The notes beneath the pieces are model-generated. The model saw nothing but the letters and a program-made list of their open reading frames with translations. It was not told where the DNA came from and made no database searches. Below, piece by piece: positions 63,904-64,000 of a DNA stretch of 64,000 bases; the first letter of the stretch is position 1; each line of letters opens with the position of its first letter. Source of the stretch: Octopus vulgaris (Eukaryota); the NCBI GenBank assembly GCA_951406725.2, contig OX597818.1, forward strand, positions 48,918,001 through 48,982,000, in the 5' to 3' direction. The position numbers and the translations under genes were made by a program.

Positions 63904-64000
63904 AATATGCTTCAACACATGAACTCACATAAAGAATCTTGCAAACCAAATCCAAAAACGAAATATATATACTATCAAACCTTTCTTTCAAGATATATGG

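Overview
AT-rich, repeat-saturated animal genomic DNA. The SINE/RTE repertoire suggests an octopus or other coleoid cephalopod (inference). The one clearly supported gene is the 3' part of a MARCHF1/8-type membrane RING-CH E3 ligase on the + strand: RING exon 1459-1734, a 13.96-kb intron, and a TM/C-terminal exon 15696-16070. A convergent minus-strand gene is weakly suggested (exon 63258-63373). The rest is mobile DNA: tRNA-derived SINEs; RTE, CR1 and Tx1-like LINE pieces; mariner, hAT, piggyBac-like and Merlin-like MITEs; Helentron-type HINEs; and many non-autonomous Helitrons. Highlights: (1) several unrelated fold-back elements each carry a minimal Penelope-type hammerhead ribozyme, including one with a swapped G3:C8 core pair; (2) that element was captured in a ~2-kb composite Helitron present twice in inverted orientation; (3) local templated copy-insertions, a perfect 130-bp spacerless palindrome and a candidate recursive splice site. 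All calls were read by eye with no database searches; most repeat boundaries are approximate.
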